IMG/VR virus record: IMGVR_UViG_3300025141_000081
Location: 1-63,365 of that record
From: a virus
Taxonomy: Duplodnaviria; Caudoviricetes
DNA length: 63,365 bases
Strand: one strand, 5' to 3'
Part shown: piece after piece, positions 15,173 through 25,830 of the stretch
Position numbering within the stretch: position 1 is the stretch's first letter
Layout: the number at the start of each line of letters is the position of its first letter
Translations under genes and position numbers: made by a program
The notes under the pieces: model-generated
Databases searched by the model: none
Told to the model about the DNA's origin: nothing
Seen by the model: the letters and a program-made list of their open reading frames with translations, nothing else

Positions 15173-15370
15173 ATGTTATCTAAACTTGGTAAATTTGTTA
15201 AGTTTGAAGTTGGGCTCCTATTGGGAACCATAATGGGGGCGGTAGTGGCTACCTTAGTTAGTACATTTATTTATAGTGCCTTTGGATATGACAGTGGGGA
15301 TATATTCTTAATAAAAGATTGCTTAGAAGAAGAAATAGCTGAAAGGGTACAGCTACCGGAGACAAAATAA
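15173..15370 (+). CDS. small membrane protein
   Basis: GGAGG RBS; hydrophobic segment VGLLLGTIMGAVVATLVSTFIY. Confidence 0.65.
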   Translation: MLSKLGKFVKFEVGLLLGTIMGAVVATLVSTFIYSAFGYDSGDIFLIKDCLEEEIAERVQLPETK

Positions 15371-15630
15371 TGCATTCTTCTAAAACGAAGATGGTCAGGA
15401 AAGGGACAACTTGTTATGGAACACTGGTGGGGTGGGGTGCCTTTTATTATCCTGACCAAGATAAAAAATGTATTTTTGTTTCTGACGCGGTGGTAATGAA
15501 ATTACCATGGGTTAGTTCGCAGAAGCTTGTAGCTGTCAAAGTGGCTAAAGGATTTATAGAAGGCGATATAGGCATCGGCGGGGAAAAAGATGTTGTGTGG
15601 ATTAAGCCCGATGATATACGAACGTATTAA
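15370..15630 (+). CDS. hypothetical protein
   Basis: TAATG coupling to the upstream gene. Confidence 0.6.
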   Translation: MHSSKTKMVRKGTTCYGTLVGWGAFYYPDQDKKCIFVSDAVVMKLPWVSSQKLVAVKVAKGFIEGDIGIGGEKDVVWIKPDDIRTY

Positions 15631-15637
15631 CTACTTA
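15630..15637 (+). promoter_or_regulatory. variant late promoter motif ACTACTTA
   Basis: Intergenic, upstream of phoH. Confidence 0.4.
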
Positions 15638-15665
15638 CAATAGTAACCCCAGCAGGAAGGAATTA

Positions 15666-17021
15666 ATGGCGAAAAAAACTTATGTCTTTGACACAAGTGT
15701 ATGTTTGACAGATGCGGAATGTATTCACAATTATGGATATAATGATATCATGCTTCCTTTGAAGGTATTAGAGGAAATTGATAACCATAAAAAACGTCAA
15801 GACAGCGCAGGAGTTAATGCTAGAAGAATTATTAGGGAACTAGATGACCTACGGAAAAAGGGGCCACTACAGGCCGGTGTTCGCCTAGGGAAAGGAAAGG
15901 GCATTTTAAAGATTCGATCCCGAAATCTCGATCTTTTACCGGGTGACCTACAAAAAAATCTTGCTGATCATATTATAATATCGACAGCCCTAGCTGAGAA
16001 TTCAGATAATGGGAATAGAAAAACTATTCTTGTAAGTCGAGATATCAATATGCGTGTAATCTGTGATTCTGTTGGCTTGACTAGCGAGGATTACACCGAG
16101 AATCGAGCAATTAATAAAGAATCAGACTTATACTCAGGATTCTCTACCTGCCTAGTGGATGACCAAACAATAGATTTCTTCTATGAAGGCGAGGCAGTCT
16201 TTATGGAAGAAGAGGAATATCCAAATCTAAATCCAAATCAATTTGTAATGCTAGTATCCAGTTCAAACGAAAAGAAGACTGCCTTATCAAAATTTGTAAG
16301 CTATCCTACGGCCTTAGAAAAAGTAATTCAATTTAGGGATGGGGTGTGGGGAGTTAAAGCAAAGAACAAAGAGCAGGCGTTTGCTCTGGACCTCTTGATG
16401 GATCCAGACATTAAGGTTGTTTCCTTAACTGGTAAGGCTGGGTCTGGTAAGACTTTAATAGCGATAGCCGCAGGCTTAGACCAGGTTGTATATAACAAAA
16501 AAGTTAAGGATAAACTAAAAGATGATTCTTTTTGTAGAACTCCCTATAAACGTCTTTTAGTTTCTAGGCCTGTTATGCCCATGGGCCGCGATATAGGGTT
16601 CTTACCAGGCTCAATAAATGAAAAGATGGCACCTTGGCTTGCACCTGTACAAGATAATCTTAAGTTCCTTACGGGAGATGATCAAACTACACTAGATGAT
16701 TACATGGAGCGTGGCCTCATAGAAATAGAAGCTCTAACATATATTAGAGGCCGATCAATAGCTAACGCATATATCGTTGTAGACGAGGCCCAGAACCTCA
16801 CAGCGCACGAAATTAAGACAATCCTTACCCGAGTGGGGGAAGGGACCAAGATTGTTCTAACAGGCGATATCGAACAAATAGATAATGTTTATATCAATGA
16901 AATGTCTTCAGGGCTCACCCATGCTATAGAAAAGATGAAAAGTTTTGACCTGTCAGGGCACGTAACTCTAGAGAAAGGCGAACGTTCTAAGGTGGCCACT
17001 TTAGCAGCCAAAGTATTATAA
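15666..17021 (+). CDS. phoH: PIN-domain PhoH family ATPase (PhoH2/YlaK type)
   Basis: N-terminal PIN (YVFDTSV...LEEID...ADHIII...SRDINMR); Walker A GKAGSGKT; GFLPG, YIRGRS, VDEAQN, GDIEQID. Confidence 0.95.
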   Translation: MAKKTYVFDTSVCLTDAECIHNYGYNDIMLPLKVLEEIDNHKKRQDSAGVNARRIIRELDDLRKKGPLQAGVRLGKGKGILKIRSRNLDLLPGDLQKNLADHIIISTALAENSDNGNRKTILVSRDINMRVICDSVGLTSEDYTENRAINKESDLYSGFSTCLVDDQTIDFFYEGEAVFMEEEEYPNLNPNQFVMLVSSSNEKKTALSKFVSYPTALEKVIQFRDGVWGVKAKNKEQAFALDLLMDPDIKVVSLTGKAGSGKTLIAIAAGLDQVVYNKKVKDKLKDDSFCRTPYKRLLVSRPVMPMGRDIGFLPGSINEKMAPWLAPVQDNLKFLTGDDQTTLDDYMERGLIEIEALTYIRGRSIANAYIVVDEAQNLTAHEIKTILTRVGEGTKIVLTGDIEQIDNVYINEMSSGLTHAIEKMKSFDLSGHVTLEKGERSKVATLAAKVL

Positions 17022-17026
17022 ATTTC

Positions 17027-17054
17027 TTGACTAATTAAGACAACGTGTTACTAT
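17027..17054 (+). promoter_or_regulatory. sigma70-type promoter overlapping an ACTAATTA motif
   Basis: TTGACT-16 nt-TACTAT with extended -10 TG; ACTAATTA at 17030-17037; GGAG RBS follows. Confidence 0.6.
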
Positions 17055-17069
17055 GTTATAGGAGATGAA

Positions 17070-17330
17070 ATGAGTTTAGACATAGAATGGAAGGACGACC
17101 CCGAACGGGCTGGTTGTAAATTTCTTAATAATGAAACTTCTCCCTTGAAAGAGATGATGGTTTCTTATGTAGGGGAGAAGTTAAACCCAAAGAATGATGA
17201 TGTGACTATCGATATGATTGTTGAAGTTATGGCAGAAGAGTTTCCTGAGTTGACTCTACTGTTGGCTGAAGAAAATTGGGTACGAGGATACAAGCAAGCT
17301 TTTCAAGACTTAAGAGACGAGAGTAAGTGA
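17070..17330 (+). CDS. hypothetical protein
   Basis: Good RBS; coupled to the next gene. Confidence 0.75.
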   Translation: MSLDIEWKDDPERAGCKFLNNETSPLKEMMVSYVGEKLNPKNDDVTIDMIVEVMAEEFPELTLLLAEENWVRGYKQAFQDLRDESK

Positions 17331-17331
17331 G

Positions 17332-18024
17332 ATGCCTAACGATATGAAAAATTTTATAAGGAACTCCTCACAAAAAAGCCAAAGAAGTCAAAAATGTCTT
17401 AAAATATTTAACACAATTGACCTTTTTATAAAAGATCCGTTGCCTAGTGGGGTAAATATCTTAGAAGTAATTAGAGAAGTGGAAAAAAGGGTCCCTTTCC
17501 ACCTCACAAGCGAAATTGATGTATTCTATGTGGGTAATTTTAAAGAGTTTCAGGAGAAACAAGTAAATGCTATGTATCGGGACGGGGCGGTATACGTTAC
17601 AAACGATCAAGATGACGTGATGGATATGGTGGATGATATTGTCCACGAAATCGCACATGCGACAGAACATATATACGTCCAAGTTATTTATTCGGATGGG
17701 AGGCTACAGGAGGAGTTTTTTGGGAAAAGGAAGAGACTTGAAGGCATGATACGAGAGTATGGATATCTCGACGGGCGAAAGGTATCCTTTGCCAACCTAG
17801 AATATTCTAAAGAATTAGACGATTATTTATATAAAGATTTGGGCTACGACAAACTAGAAACTTTCTGCTCAGGCCTCTTCATAAGGCCTTATGCGGTAAC
17901 TGATATAAGAGAATATTTCGCTACAGCATTAGAAGAGTATTTAATAGGAGACCCAAAGTATATGAGAAGAATATGTCCTGTTGCCTATGAAAAGATCCAT
18001 TATCTTTGTAAGAGCGGGGTGTAG
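17332..18024 (+). CDS. zincin-like metallopeptidase (HExxH...EYFA, lethal-factor/MtfA-like)
   Basis: IVHEIAHA with a distal YAVTDIREYFA. Confidence 0.7.
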   Translation: MPNDMKNFIRNSSQKSQRSQKCLKIFNTIDLFIKDPLPSGVNILEVIREVEKRVPFHLTSEIDVFYVGNFKEFQEKQVNAMYRDGAVYVTNDQDDVMDMVDDIVHEIAHATEHIYVQVIYSDGRLQEEFFGKRKRLEGMIREYGYLDGRKVSFANLEYSKELDDYLYKDLGYDKLETFCSGLFIRPYAVTDIREYFATALEEYLIGDPKYMRRICPVAYEKIHYLCKSGV

Positions 18025-18025
18025 G

Positions 18026-18799
18026 TTGCCGCATATTTCTTATTCAGAAGTAAAAAATTGGTCAGAATGTACTTGGAGACACAAATTACTTTATATAGAT
18101 AGGGTCATAGTAAGACAGGGCAATGAGCACACTGCTTTTGGTACGTCTGTTCATGAAACCGTTGAGAATATGCTCCTGGGCAAAATTGAGAATCCATATA
18201 CATACTTTGATAAGGTTTTTACAGGAGAGCTTCGCAAGATAGGTCTAGAAGAGGACTCAGAGTTGGCATCTGGAATGAGAACTCAAATCGTTGGGCTTTT
18301 CGAAGAAGTTGTCCCGGCCCTAAATGAATATTTTGCCAGTAAGGGCGGCTGGGAGGTTTTCGCTACGGAAGAAGCCCTTAAAGAACCGATCACCGAAACC
18401 AAGATTATGAACTATGATTTCAAGGGGTTTATTGATCTCGTCTTAAAAGACGGGAATGGTCACTACCATGTGATAGATTGGAAAACCTGCTCATGGGGTT
18501 GGCATGCTCGTAAGAAAAACGATATTCTGTTTACCAGACAGCTGGTGCTATACAAATATTATTATTCCAAAAAACATAATTTGAATCCACGAGTAATCTC
18601 AACACACTTTGGATTGCTTAAGCGGACAAGTAAGAAAAGCAGAGTAGAATTATTTAGAGTTACGAGTGGGGAAAGAAAAACGAAAAATTCACTTGACTTT
18701 TTGAACAAAGCGTTATATAATATCACAAATAAAAGATATATTAAAAACAGATTATCTTGTAAGTATTGTCCGTTCATTGAAACAGAACATTGCCCCTGA
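18026..18799 (+). CDS. PD-(D/E)XK exonuclease, RecB/Cas4-like with four Cys (possible Fe-S)
   Basis: ISYS..NWSEC, FGTSVHE, KGFIDLV, VIDWKT, QLVLY, CKYCPFIETEHC; TTG start at 18026 inferred. Confidence 0.88.
   Translation: MPHISYSEVKNWSECTWRHKLLYIDRVIVRQGNEHTAFGTSVHETVENMLLGKIENPYTYFDKVFTGELRKIGLEEDSELASGMRTQIVGLFEEVVPALNEYFASKGGWEVFATEEALKEPITETKIMNYDFKGFIDLVLKDGNGHYHVIDWKTCSWGWHARKKNDILFTRQLVLYKYYYSKKHNLNPRVISTHFGLLKRTSKKSRVELFRVTSGERKTKNSLDFLNKALYNITNKRYIKNRLSCKYCPFIETEHCP
18693..18721 (+). promoter_or_regulatory. near-consensus sigma70 promoter upstream of the glycosylation cluster
   Basis: TTGACT-17 nt-TATAAT inside the 3' end of the nuclease gene. Confidence 0.7.
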
Positions 18800-18806
18800 G
18801 GATTTA

Positions 18807-20069
18807 ATGGAAGAGAAAAAAATTAAGGTTCTGACCCTGTCAGACCACCCCTTGTCACCATCTGGTGTTGGAATTCAAACGAAATACTTCATTGAAGCTC
18901 TCCTGAAGACTGGAAAGTTTCAATTTATTTGTTTGGGGGGTGCTGTGAAGCATGACAATTATGAGGCCCAAAAGATTGCCCCCTTTGAAGATGATTGGAT
19001 GGTCATACCCATTGACGGGTATGGTGATGCTGAAAAGATCAGATCAGTTATTCGAAACGAGAAGCCAGACATTCTATGGTTTATGACTGACCCTCGTTTC
19101 TATGAATGGCTTTGGTTTATTGAAAATGAAGTTCGTCCGTTAGTTCCTATGGTATATTACCATGTTTGGGATAACCACCCTGCTCCAATGTTTAACCGTC
19201 CATTCTATTTATCAAATGACCTGATCGTTTCAATTTCTAAGGTCACAAGGGACGTTGTAGCGGAAGCAGCACCGGAGGTTGATAATATCTATCATCCCCA
19301 TGCAGTTGACTCAAGCATCTTTAAGGCCAAGACAGATGAAGAGAGAAAGGAGCTAAGAAAGAACAACTTCCCACAGGACAAAGAAGATAGGATGTTGTTC
19401 TTTTGGAATAATAGAAACGCACGCCGTAAGCAAAGTGGTTCTTTACTGTTCTGGTTTGACGAGTTTGCTAATGAAGTGGGCCGAGACAAGGTTCGGTTAA
19501 TAATGCACACAGACCCCAACGATGTACATGGACAGCCACTTCAGCATATTATTGAAAAGCTTGATAATGATGGCACAATGATGATATCTAGCACCAAGGT
19601 TCCACCGCAGATATTATCGGACATGTATAACATGTCCTCATGTACAATCAACATTTCTGATGCTGAGGGCTTTGGCCTAGCCACGCTAGAATCTCTTTCA
19701 TGTGAAACACCTATTGTCGTTACTATGACTGGTGGATTGCAAGAGCAAGTGACAGATGGCGAGGATTGGTTTGGTGTGGGTATTGAGCCATCATCAAAGA
19801 CTGTCATTGGCTCCCAACAGGTGCCCTACATCTACGAAGATCGGATAAATAAGGAAGATTTTAAAGCCGCATTGCATAAAATTTACAACATGACTCCCGA
19901 AGAACGCAGAGAGTTAGGCAGAAAGGGCAGACAGCATGTTGAGAGGAACTATAGCTTTGAAAAATATTGTGAAGGTTGGGTAAAAATAATGACAGATGTA
20001 CATGAAAAGCATGGCTCTTGGGACAGTAGAAGTGGTTACAAGAGTTGGGAAATGAGGGAGCTGGCATGA
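18807..20069 (+). CDS. glycosyltransferase, GT-B fold (GT4-like)
   Basis: SGVG N-terminal loop, PHAVD, RNARRK, EGFGLATLES, GGLQEQV. Confidence 0.92.
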   Translation: MEEKKIKVLTLSDHPLSPSGVGIQTKYFIEALLKTGKFQFICLGGAVKHDNYEAQKIAPFEDDWMVIPIDGYGDAEKIRSVIRNEKPDILWFMTDPRFYEWLWFIENEVRPLVPMVYYHVWDNHPAPMFNRPFYLSNDLIVSISKVTRDVVAEAAPEVDNIYHPHAVDSSIFKAKTDEERKELRKNNFPQDKEDRMLFFWNNRNARRKQSGSLLFWFDEFANEVGRDKVRLIMHTDPNDVHGQPLQHIIEKLDNDGTMMISSTKVPPQILSDMYNMSSCTINISDAEGFGLATLESLSCETPIVVTMTGGLQEQVTDGEDWFGVGIEPSSKTVIGSQQVPYIYEDRINKEDFKAALHKIYNMTPEERRELGRKGRQHVERNYSFEKYCEGWVKIMTDVHEKHGSWDSRSGYKSWEMRELA

Positions 20070-21325
20070 TTAAGAAAGTATTGGTAAGAGGCCCAGCACT
20101 AACTCAATCCGGGTATGGTGAACATACTCGTTTTCTTCTACGCTCTTTGAGGGCTAATCCTGATAAGTTCGATGTCTATCTAATTTCTGTTAACTGGGGT
20201 CAGACTGGCTGGCTATCTGAAGATACAGAAGAGAGGAAATGGATTGATGAGATTATCCTAAAGACACACCGTTATACCCAGTCTGGGGGCTATCTTGACA
20301 TGTCTGTACAGGTTACTATACCCAATGAGTGGGAGAGGTTAGCTATGTACAATATAGGCGTCACAGCAGGCATAGAGACAACTAAAGTTGCACCAGTGTG
20401 GCTGGAGCGCTGCAACGTGATGGATAAAGTAATTACAATCTCGGAGCATTCTAAGCAGGTGCTAGAAAACACAGCGTATCAGGGTATGCATAGCGAAACT
20501 AAACAGCCAATGACTCTTAAATGTGAAGTCCCAGTAGAGATAGTACACTACCCAGTGAAAAAAGTAAAGCCAGAGAGTCTAGATATTAAGTTAAAATACG
20601 ATTTTAATTATTTGTTGGTTTCCCAATGGGGACCTAGAAAGAATATGGAGAACGCCGTAAAGTGGTGGATTGAAGAAAACTATGACCAAGAAGTTGGGCT
20701 AATTGTCAAGACATCACTAAAAAACAATTCTATAATGGATAGAGAGCACACACACAAGGGTTTAAGCACAATTGTAAATAGTTTTCTACCTGATGACGCA
20801 AAGTGTAAAGTATACCTACTTCACGGTGACCTCGCGGAAGCACAAATGCAGTCTCTCTATATACATGAGAAAGTTAAGGCACTAATTAGTCTTAGTCATG
20901 GTGAGGGCTTTGGCTTACCTATTTTCGATGCCGCGTGTCATGGGGTGCCTGTCATTGCCCCAGGGTGGTCAGGTCATTGTGATTTCTTGTACATGCCTCA
21001 AAAAAATGGTAAGAATAAAGCTATGTTTGCTGATGTTAATTATGATATTGCACCAGTACAGGACTCTGCTGTTTGGGACGGTGTTGTTCAGAAGGACAGT
21101 ATGTGGTGTTACCCTCATGAAGGTCACTACAAGATGCGTCTGCGGCAAGTTCGTAAGAACTACGACAAATGGGTTAAGAAGGCTAAGACCCTACAAGAAT
21201 GGGTTCTTGAAGCGTTTAACTCGGACAACCAGCATCAGTTGTTTGCAGATTCGGTATACGGAGAAGTAGTTGATGTAGAGTCCTGGCTTGAAGAATTAAA
21301 TACCGATTTGGTAGAGCATGGCTGA
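20066..21325 (+). CDS. glycosyltransferase, GT-B fold (GT4-like)
   Basis: SGYG, PRKN, GEGFGLPIFDAA, PVIAPGWSGHCDF. Confidence 0.9.
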   Translation: MIKKVLVRGPALTQSGYGEHTRFLLRSLRANPDKFDVYLISVNWGQTGWLSEDTEERKWIDEIILKTHRYTQSGGYLDMSVQVTIPNEWERLAMYNIGVTAGIETTKVAPVWLERCNVMDKVITISEHSKQVLENTAYQGMHSETKQPMTLKCEVPVEIVHYPVKKVKPESLDIKLKYDFNYLLVSQWGPRKNMENAVKWWIEENYDQEVGLIVKTSLKNNSIMDREHTHKGLSTIVNSFLPDDAKCKVYLLHGDLAEAQMQSLYIHEKVKALISLSHGEGFGLPIFDAACHGVPVIAPGWSGHCDFLYMPQKNGKNKAMFADVNYDIAPVQDSAVWDGVVQKDSMWCYPHEGHYKMRLRQVRKNYDKWVKKAKTLQEWVLEAFNSDNQHQLFADSVYGEVVDVESWLEELNTDLVEHG

Positions 21326-22154
21326 TATACTTTTTATAGCTGACTTCTTTGTTAACCAAGTACTTGGTGGTGGGGAGTTAAATGACGATGTTTTGATGAA
21401 CAAATTGCGCCATCGAGGCCACACTGTTCGAAGTATCCATAGTCACAAAGTCAGTGACCTGGATTTATTACACAGTAAACACACTATTGTCTCAAGCTTC
21501 GCACATTTAATTGAAAGTTATCAAAAAATACTACAAGGCAGAAACTACATCATTTACGAGCACGATCACAAATACCTCGCCAACAGGAACCCCAACGTCT
21601 ACCCCAATTACCAGGCTCCCAAGGAGCATATTATCAATAGAGAATTTTATGCAAATGCGAAAGCTGTGCTGTGCCAGAGCAATTTTCATGCCGAAATAGT
21701 TAGAAAGAATTTAGAATTGGACAATATTATTAGTTTGGGCGGTAATTTATGGTCCGAAGAACATTTTGTTCTATTGGGAAAACTTAGTAAACAACCTAAA
21801 ACTGATACATATGCAATTATGAATTCTCCAGTGTTTCACAAGAACACTCAAGAGGCAGTGCAATACTGTGAGGCTCTGGGGCTGGACTATGCACTTATAC
21901 CACCCTCAGACTCCACCACCTTCTTATCTGAGTTAGGTAGACACACTACTTTGGTCTTCTTACCTAAGACTCCTGAAACTCTCTCTAGGATTGTCGTAGA
22001 GGCTAGGATGATGGGGATGAAGACAAGGACTACTAATAATATAGGCGCTATTCATGAAGAATGGTTTTCAAAAAAAGGACTTGACTTAATCGAATATATG
22101 CGTTATAGGCAAGAAGAAATAATAAATATTGTTTTGGAAAGTTTAAATGCATAG
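21318..22154 (+). CDS. divergent GT-B glycosyltransferase-like protein
   Basis: GGGE N-terminal loop, YEHDH, ETLSRIVVEARMMG (Ex7E motif). Confidence 0.7.
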   Translation: MADILFIADFFVNQVLGGGELNDDVLMNKLRHRGHTVRSIHSHKVSDLDLLHSKHTIVSSFAHLIESYQKILQGRNYIIYEHDHKYLANRNPNVYPNYQAPKEHIINREFYANAKAVLCQSNFHAEIVRKNLELDNIISLGGNLWSEEHFVLLGKLSKQPKTDTYAIMNSPVFHKNTQEAVQYCEALGLDYALIPPSDSTTFLSELGRHTTLVFLPKTPETLSRIVVEARMMGMKTRTTNNIGAIHEEWFSKKGLDLIEYMRYRQEEIINIVLESLNA

Positions 22155-22911
22155 CCCAAGAGTTTCAATCATCACATCATTATATAACGCAGACGATCAA
22201 ATAGAGGACTTTCTAGAGGATATAGTAAAACAGACATACTTTGATAAATGCGAACTTGTTATAATTGATGGAGCATCGCCTGGGGAAGAATCTGATGTGA
22301 TAGCTAAATATCAAAAGCAATACAGCAATATTCTTTATCATCGCCTGGAAGAAGACCCAGGTATATACGGCTGTTGGAACTACGCAATAGAAAATAGTTC
22401 TGGTGATTATTTAACAAATGCAAATGTGGACGATAGAAGGGCATACAACCAAATAGAAAGATTTGTATCTGCTCTGGATAGTGACGCAGGTCTCGATTTG
22501 GCTTACAGTCACACATTTGTTACCCACAAGCCCTATGAGACGTTTTATCAAAACTCTTCCGGGTATCAAATGTATCCATCCTTCCCGTTTTCTAAGGAGA
22601 TGATGGTTAAATGCCTACCAGGCTGTCAGCCATTGTGGAGGCGGGCCATGCATAAAAAGGCAGGACTTTTTGATGATAGCTATAAATTTGCAGGCGATTG
22701 GGAGATGTGGCTAAGAGCCGTTCGCAATGGTAGCAGGTTTATGATGATTGAGGGTGTTTATGGTTTATATTACCACAACCCCACTGGGCTTACGACCGAC
22801 CCGAAAAAACGTAAGCATAAATTTTTAGAAGAGAAAAAAGTGTTTTGGGAATACACAGACGTGTATGGCCAGAAAGCTGTTGCACAATATGGAGAGCACT
22901 TCAAAAGATGA
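22147..22911 (+). CDS. glycosyltransferase family 2
   Basis: VSIITSLYN, IIDGAS, GIYGCWN, NVDD, FDDSYKFAGDWEMWLR. Confidence 0.92.
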   Translation: MHSPRVSIITSLYNADDQIEDFLEDIVKQTYFDKCELVIIDGASPGEESDVIAKYQKQYSNILYHRLEEDPGIYGCWNYAIENSSGDYLTNANVDDRRAYNQIERFVSALDSDAGLDLAYSHTFVTHKPYETFYQNSSGYQMYPSFPFSKEMMVKCLPGCQPLWRRAMHKKAGLFDDSYKFAGDWEMWLRAVRNGSRFMMIEGVYGLYYHNPTGLTTDPKKRKHKFLEEKKVFWEYTDVYGQKAVAQYGEHFKR

Positions 22912-23735
22912 GGAAAGTACATGCAAATGTTATGATTAAAGATGAGAGCCTTTTATTAGAGCAAGTATTGCCTCATTGGAACTCATACCCGATTGACGAG
23001 TGGGTTATTTATAACGATTCTTCTACCGATAATACAATTGACTTAATCAACAGCGAGATTGATTCAAAAGTTACTGTCTTAAACGACAACCTACCAGTTT
23101 TTGACGAGACCCATTATAGGTCTAGGATGCTCGAACATAGCAGGAACCAGGGCGCTGACTATGTTATTGCCATTGATGCGGATGAGCTTTTATCTTCTAA
23201 TTTCGTTGATAACTTTAAAGATGTTTTGCATATAAATGGCAAATATAATATACAATATTATTGGTACAATGTAGTTGATAGTTTGCAATTTATGCGCCAA
23301 GACCCCTTATATCTTGAAAACTATAAATCATTTATAATGCCCGTGAAGCATACGATGACATTCGACAAATACAGGGACATAAAAATTCACACACCCCGTA
23401 CAGCACCCATTAATTTGCCTCTGGCAAGGACAAAAGAGTATGGCCTTATCCACCTCCAGGCAATTAACAGGAAATTCTATGCTCTCAAGCAGCTAAGGTA
23501 TAAGCATTACGAATATCATACGTTTAATCAGTCAACTAAAACATTAAACGCTAAGTACGACCCAGTTGTTAATGGGCTAAACTTTATGGAAGTTAACACA
23601 CCGAGGCAGATAATAGATGGTATTAATTTTGACCCTTCTGTGTACGAAGAGATGCTATTATTAAAGGGCTATGAGAAATATATTAAAAATAATATGGTAG
23701 AAGACTTAATGACATTTGGCAAGGAGTACCTGTAG
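22908..23735 (+). CDS. GT-A fold glycosyltransferase (GT2-like)
   Basis: MIKDE, YNDSSTDNT, IAIDADE (DxD). Confidence 0.85.
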   Translation: MRKVHANVMIKDESLLLEQVLPHWNSYPIDEWVIYNDSSTDNTIDLINSEIDSKVTVLNDNLPVFDETHYRSRMLEHSRNQGADYVIAIDADELLSSNFVDNFKDVLHINGKYNIQYYWYNVVDSLQFMRQDPLYLENYKSFIMPVKHTMTFDKYRDIKIHTPRTAPINLPLARTKEYGLIHLQAINRKFYALKQLRYKHYEYHTFNQSTKTLNAKYDPVVNGLNFMEVNTPRQIIDGINFDPSVYEEMLLLKGYEKYIKNNMVEDLMTFGKEYL

Positions 23736-23736
23736 T

Positions 23737-24663
23737 ATGGACCTATTAGTGACAGGAGGCTCAGGAATGGTAGGCTCAGCATTCCTGCGTGTATATCCAG
23801 ATGCCATTTATCCAACTCGCCAAGAACTACACTTTATATTAAAAAGCAATTTCCATAAACAAGAGTTTGGAGGGAAAAACATAATCCATCTTGCGGCAAA
23901 GGTTGGCGGGGTCAAGGCAAACACAGAACAAGTGGCAGATTTTTATAACCAAAACTCTGCGCTAAATGAAAAGGTATTGTCCGCATCCCACCTTGGGGGA
24001 GCAAATAAGGTAGTATCTCTTCTTTCTACCTGTATTTATCCTGATGCTCCTTATGCAGCCTACCCCCTTACCGAGGATCAACTGCATCTCGGACCACCAC
24101 ACCCGTCTAACTTTGGCTATGCATACGCAAAAAGAATGGTAGACGTTATGTCTCGTGCGTACCGCCAACAATACGGATGTAACTTTATCACAGCTATTCC
24201 AAACAACCTTTACGGTGAAAATGATAATTTTGATTTAGAGAATGGTCACGTCATACCAGCGATTATAAGAAAAGTGTGGGAAGCTAAAATAGATAATAAG
24301 CCATTTATAGGATGCTGGGGGGATGGCTCACCATTAAGAGAATTCACATATTCTGAAGACATCGTTAAAATACTAATGTTTTTGTTAGAAAACTATGATG
24401 AGCCGGAACCAATTAATATCGGAAACACCGAAGAGTATTCTATCAAGCAAGTTGTAGAAATGATTTGTTTTATCTTAGAATATGACGGCAAGGTAAGATG
24501 GGATACACAAATGCCAACTGGGCAGCATAGGAAACCTAGTTCTAATAAAAAACTTTTAGATTTAGGCTGGGATAGAAGATGGTATACTTCTTTAGAAAAA
24601 GGTTTGACCAAAACATGCTTGTGGGTTAAAAATAATTATCCCTTAATAAGGGGTGTTATATGA
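23737..24663 (+). CDS. fcl: GDP-L-fucose synthase family epimerase/reductase
   Basis: [54 protein letters not shown]. Confidence 0.93.
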   Translation: MDLLVTGGSGMVGSAFLRVYPDAIYPTRQELHFILKSNFHKQEFGGKNIIHLAAKVGGVKANTEQVADFYNQNSALNEKVLSASHLGGANKVVSLLSTCIYPDAPYAAYPLTEDQLHLGPPHPSNFGYAYAKRMVDVMSRAYRQQYGCNFITAIPNNLYGENDNFDLENGHVIPAIIRKVWEAKIDNKPFIGCWGDGSPLREFTYSEDIVKILMFLLENYDEPEPINIGNTEEYSIKQVVEMICFILEYDGKVRWDTQMPTGQHRKPSSNKKLLDLGWDRRWYTSLEKGLTKTCLWVKNNYPLIRGVI

Positions 24664-25637
24664 AAACAGCGCTAGTGACAGGTGTAACTGGCCAAGACGG
24701 CTCTTATTTATCTGAATTGCTACTGGGTAAGGGTTATAGAGTAATTGGCCTTAAAAGAAGGACTTCTACTATTTGCACTGAACGTATAGACCATATTTTT
24801 AATCATCCAAATTTTAGTATGAGATATTTCGAATTAAACGATTCTGGGTGCATGTGGAGATTGTTAAGCGAGTATAGGCCTGATGAAATTTACAACCTCG
24901 CCGCGCAGTCTCACGTTAGAGTTTCATTTGAAATACCAGAGAGTACAACGGACACTATCGCGATGGGTACAATCAGGATGTTAGAGGCAATAAGACATGT
25001 AGTTCCTAGTGCAAGATTTTATCAAGCTTCGTCATCTGAAATGTTTGGCGACAACCCACAGATCCCACAGAATGAGCTAACAGCTTTGCAGCCAGCATCT
25101 CCTTATGCTTGTGCTAAAGTTTACGCTCATCATTTAGTGAGAAATTATAGGGAATCTTATGATCTGCACGCATCATCTGGTATACTTTTTAATCACGAGT
25201 CCCCAAGAAGGGGTGAAACCTTCGTAACTCGCAAAATAACAAAAGCAGCTGCTCGAATAAAATTAGGACTCCAAGGCAAACTGCATCTAGGTAACTTAGA
25301 TGCCAAAAGGGATTGGGGGTTTGCTGGTGACTATACCAGGGCTATGTGGCTTATGCTGCAACAAGACCAGCCAGATGACTATGTTATCGCGACAGGAGAA
25401 ACGCACACAGTCAAGGAGTTTTTAGAAGAGGTGTTTAGATTAGCGGGATTAGGCATTGAAAAGCATGTGAGGATAAGCGAGAGATTGTTTAGGCCACATG
25501 AGGTCCCATTGTTACTGGGAGATGCAACAAAAGCTAAGCTTAATTTGGGGTGGGAACCAAAAATAAAATTTAAAGAACTAGCAAAGCTTATGTATGAAGA
25601 AGATTATAATTTGATTAAAGGAGTTAAAAATGAGTAA
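24660..25637 (+). CDS. gmd: GDP-mannose 4,6-dehydratase
   Basis: [55 protein letters not shown]. Confidence 0.97.
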   Translation: MKTALVTGVTGQDGSYLSELLLGKGYRVIGLKRRTSTICTERIDHIFNHPNFSMRYFELNDSGCMWRLLSEYRPDEIYNLAAQSHVRVSFEIPESTTDTIAMGTIRMLEAIRHVVPSARFYQASSSEMFGDNPQIPQNELTALQPASPYACAKVYAHHLVRNYRESYDLHASSGILFNHESPRRGETFVTRKITKAAARIKLGLQGKLHLGNLDAKRDWGFAGDYTRAMWLMLQQDQPDDYVIATGETHTVKEFLEEVFRLAGLGIEKHVRISERLFRPHEVPLLLGDATKAKLNLGWEPKIKFKELAKLMYEEDYNLIKGVKNE

Positions 25638-25830
25638 TAACGAAGATATACAGCTGACTGAGCAAGCCATGGGCGCTTTAATGATGGCACTACAAAAATC
25701 TCTGATGGAGCAGTCTGACATCGTCCCTGTTCTTAGGGGATTTAAGTTTAGGCTGTGTCGAGCTGGCCTGATGGTCATGAATCCACCGCTCGTTAAATTT
25801 GGTGAGGAAGAAGAGGATGCCGAAGTATAA
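25630..25830 (+). CDS. hypothetical protein
   Basis: AGGAG RBS; coupled gene. Confidence 0.7.
   Translation: MSNNEDIQLTEQAMGALMMALQKSLMEQSDIVPVLRGFKFRLCRAGLMVMNPPLVKFGEEEEDAEV

Noticed and set aside
18026-18799. Cas4-like gene as part of a CRISPR-Cas system
   Set aside because: No cas1/cas2, effector gene or array is seen; solo RecB/Cas4-like nucleases are common in phages.
18807-25637. Bacterial O-antigen/capsule locus (i.e. window is chromosomal)
   Set aside because: No flippase, polymerase or initiating transferase is present, and the cluster is embedded among phage sigma, baseplate and resolvase genes.
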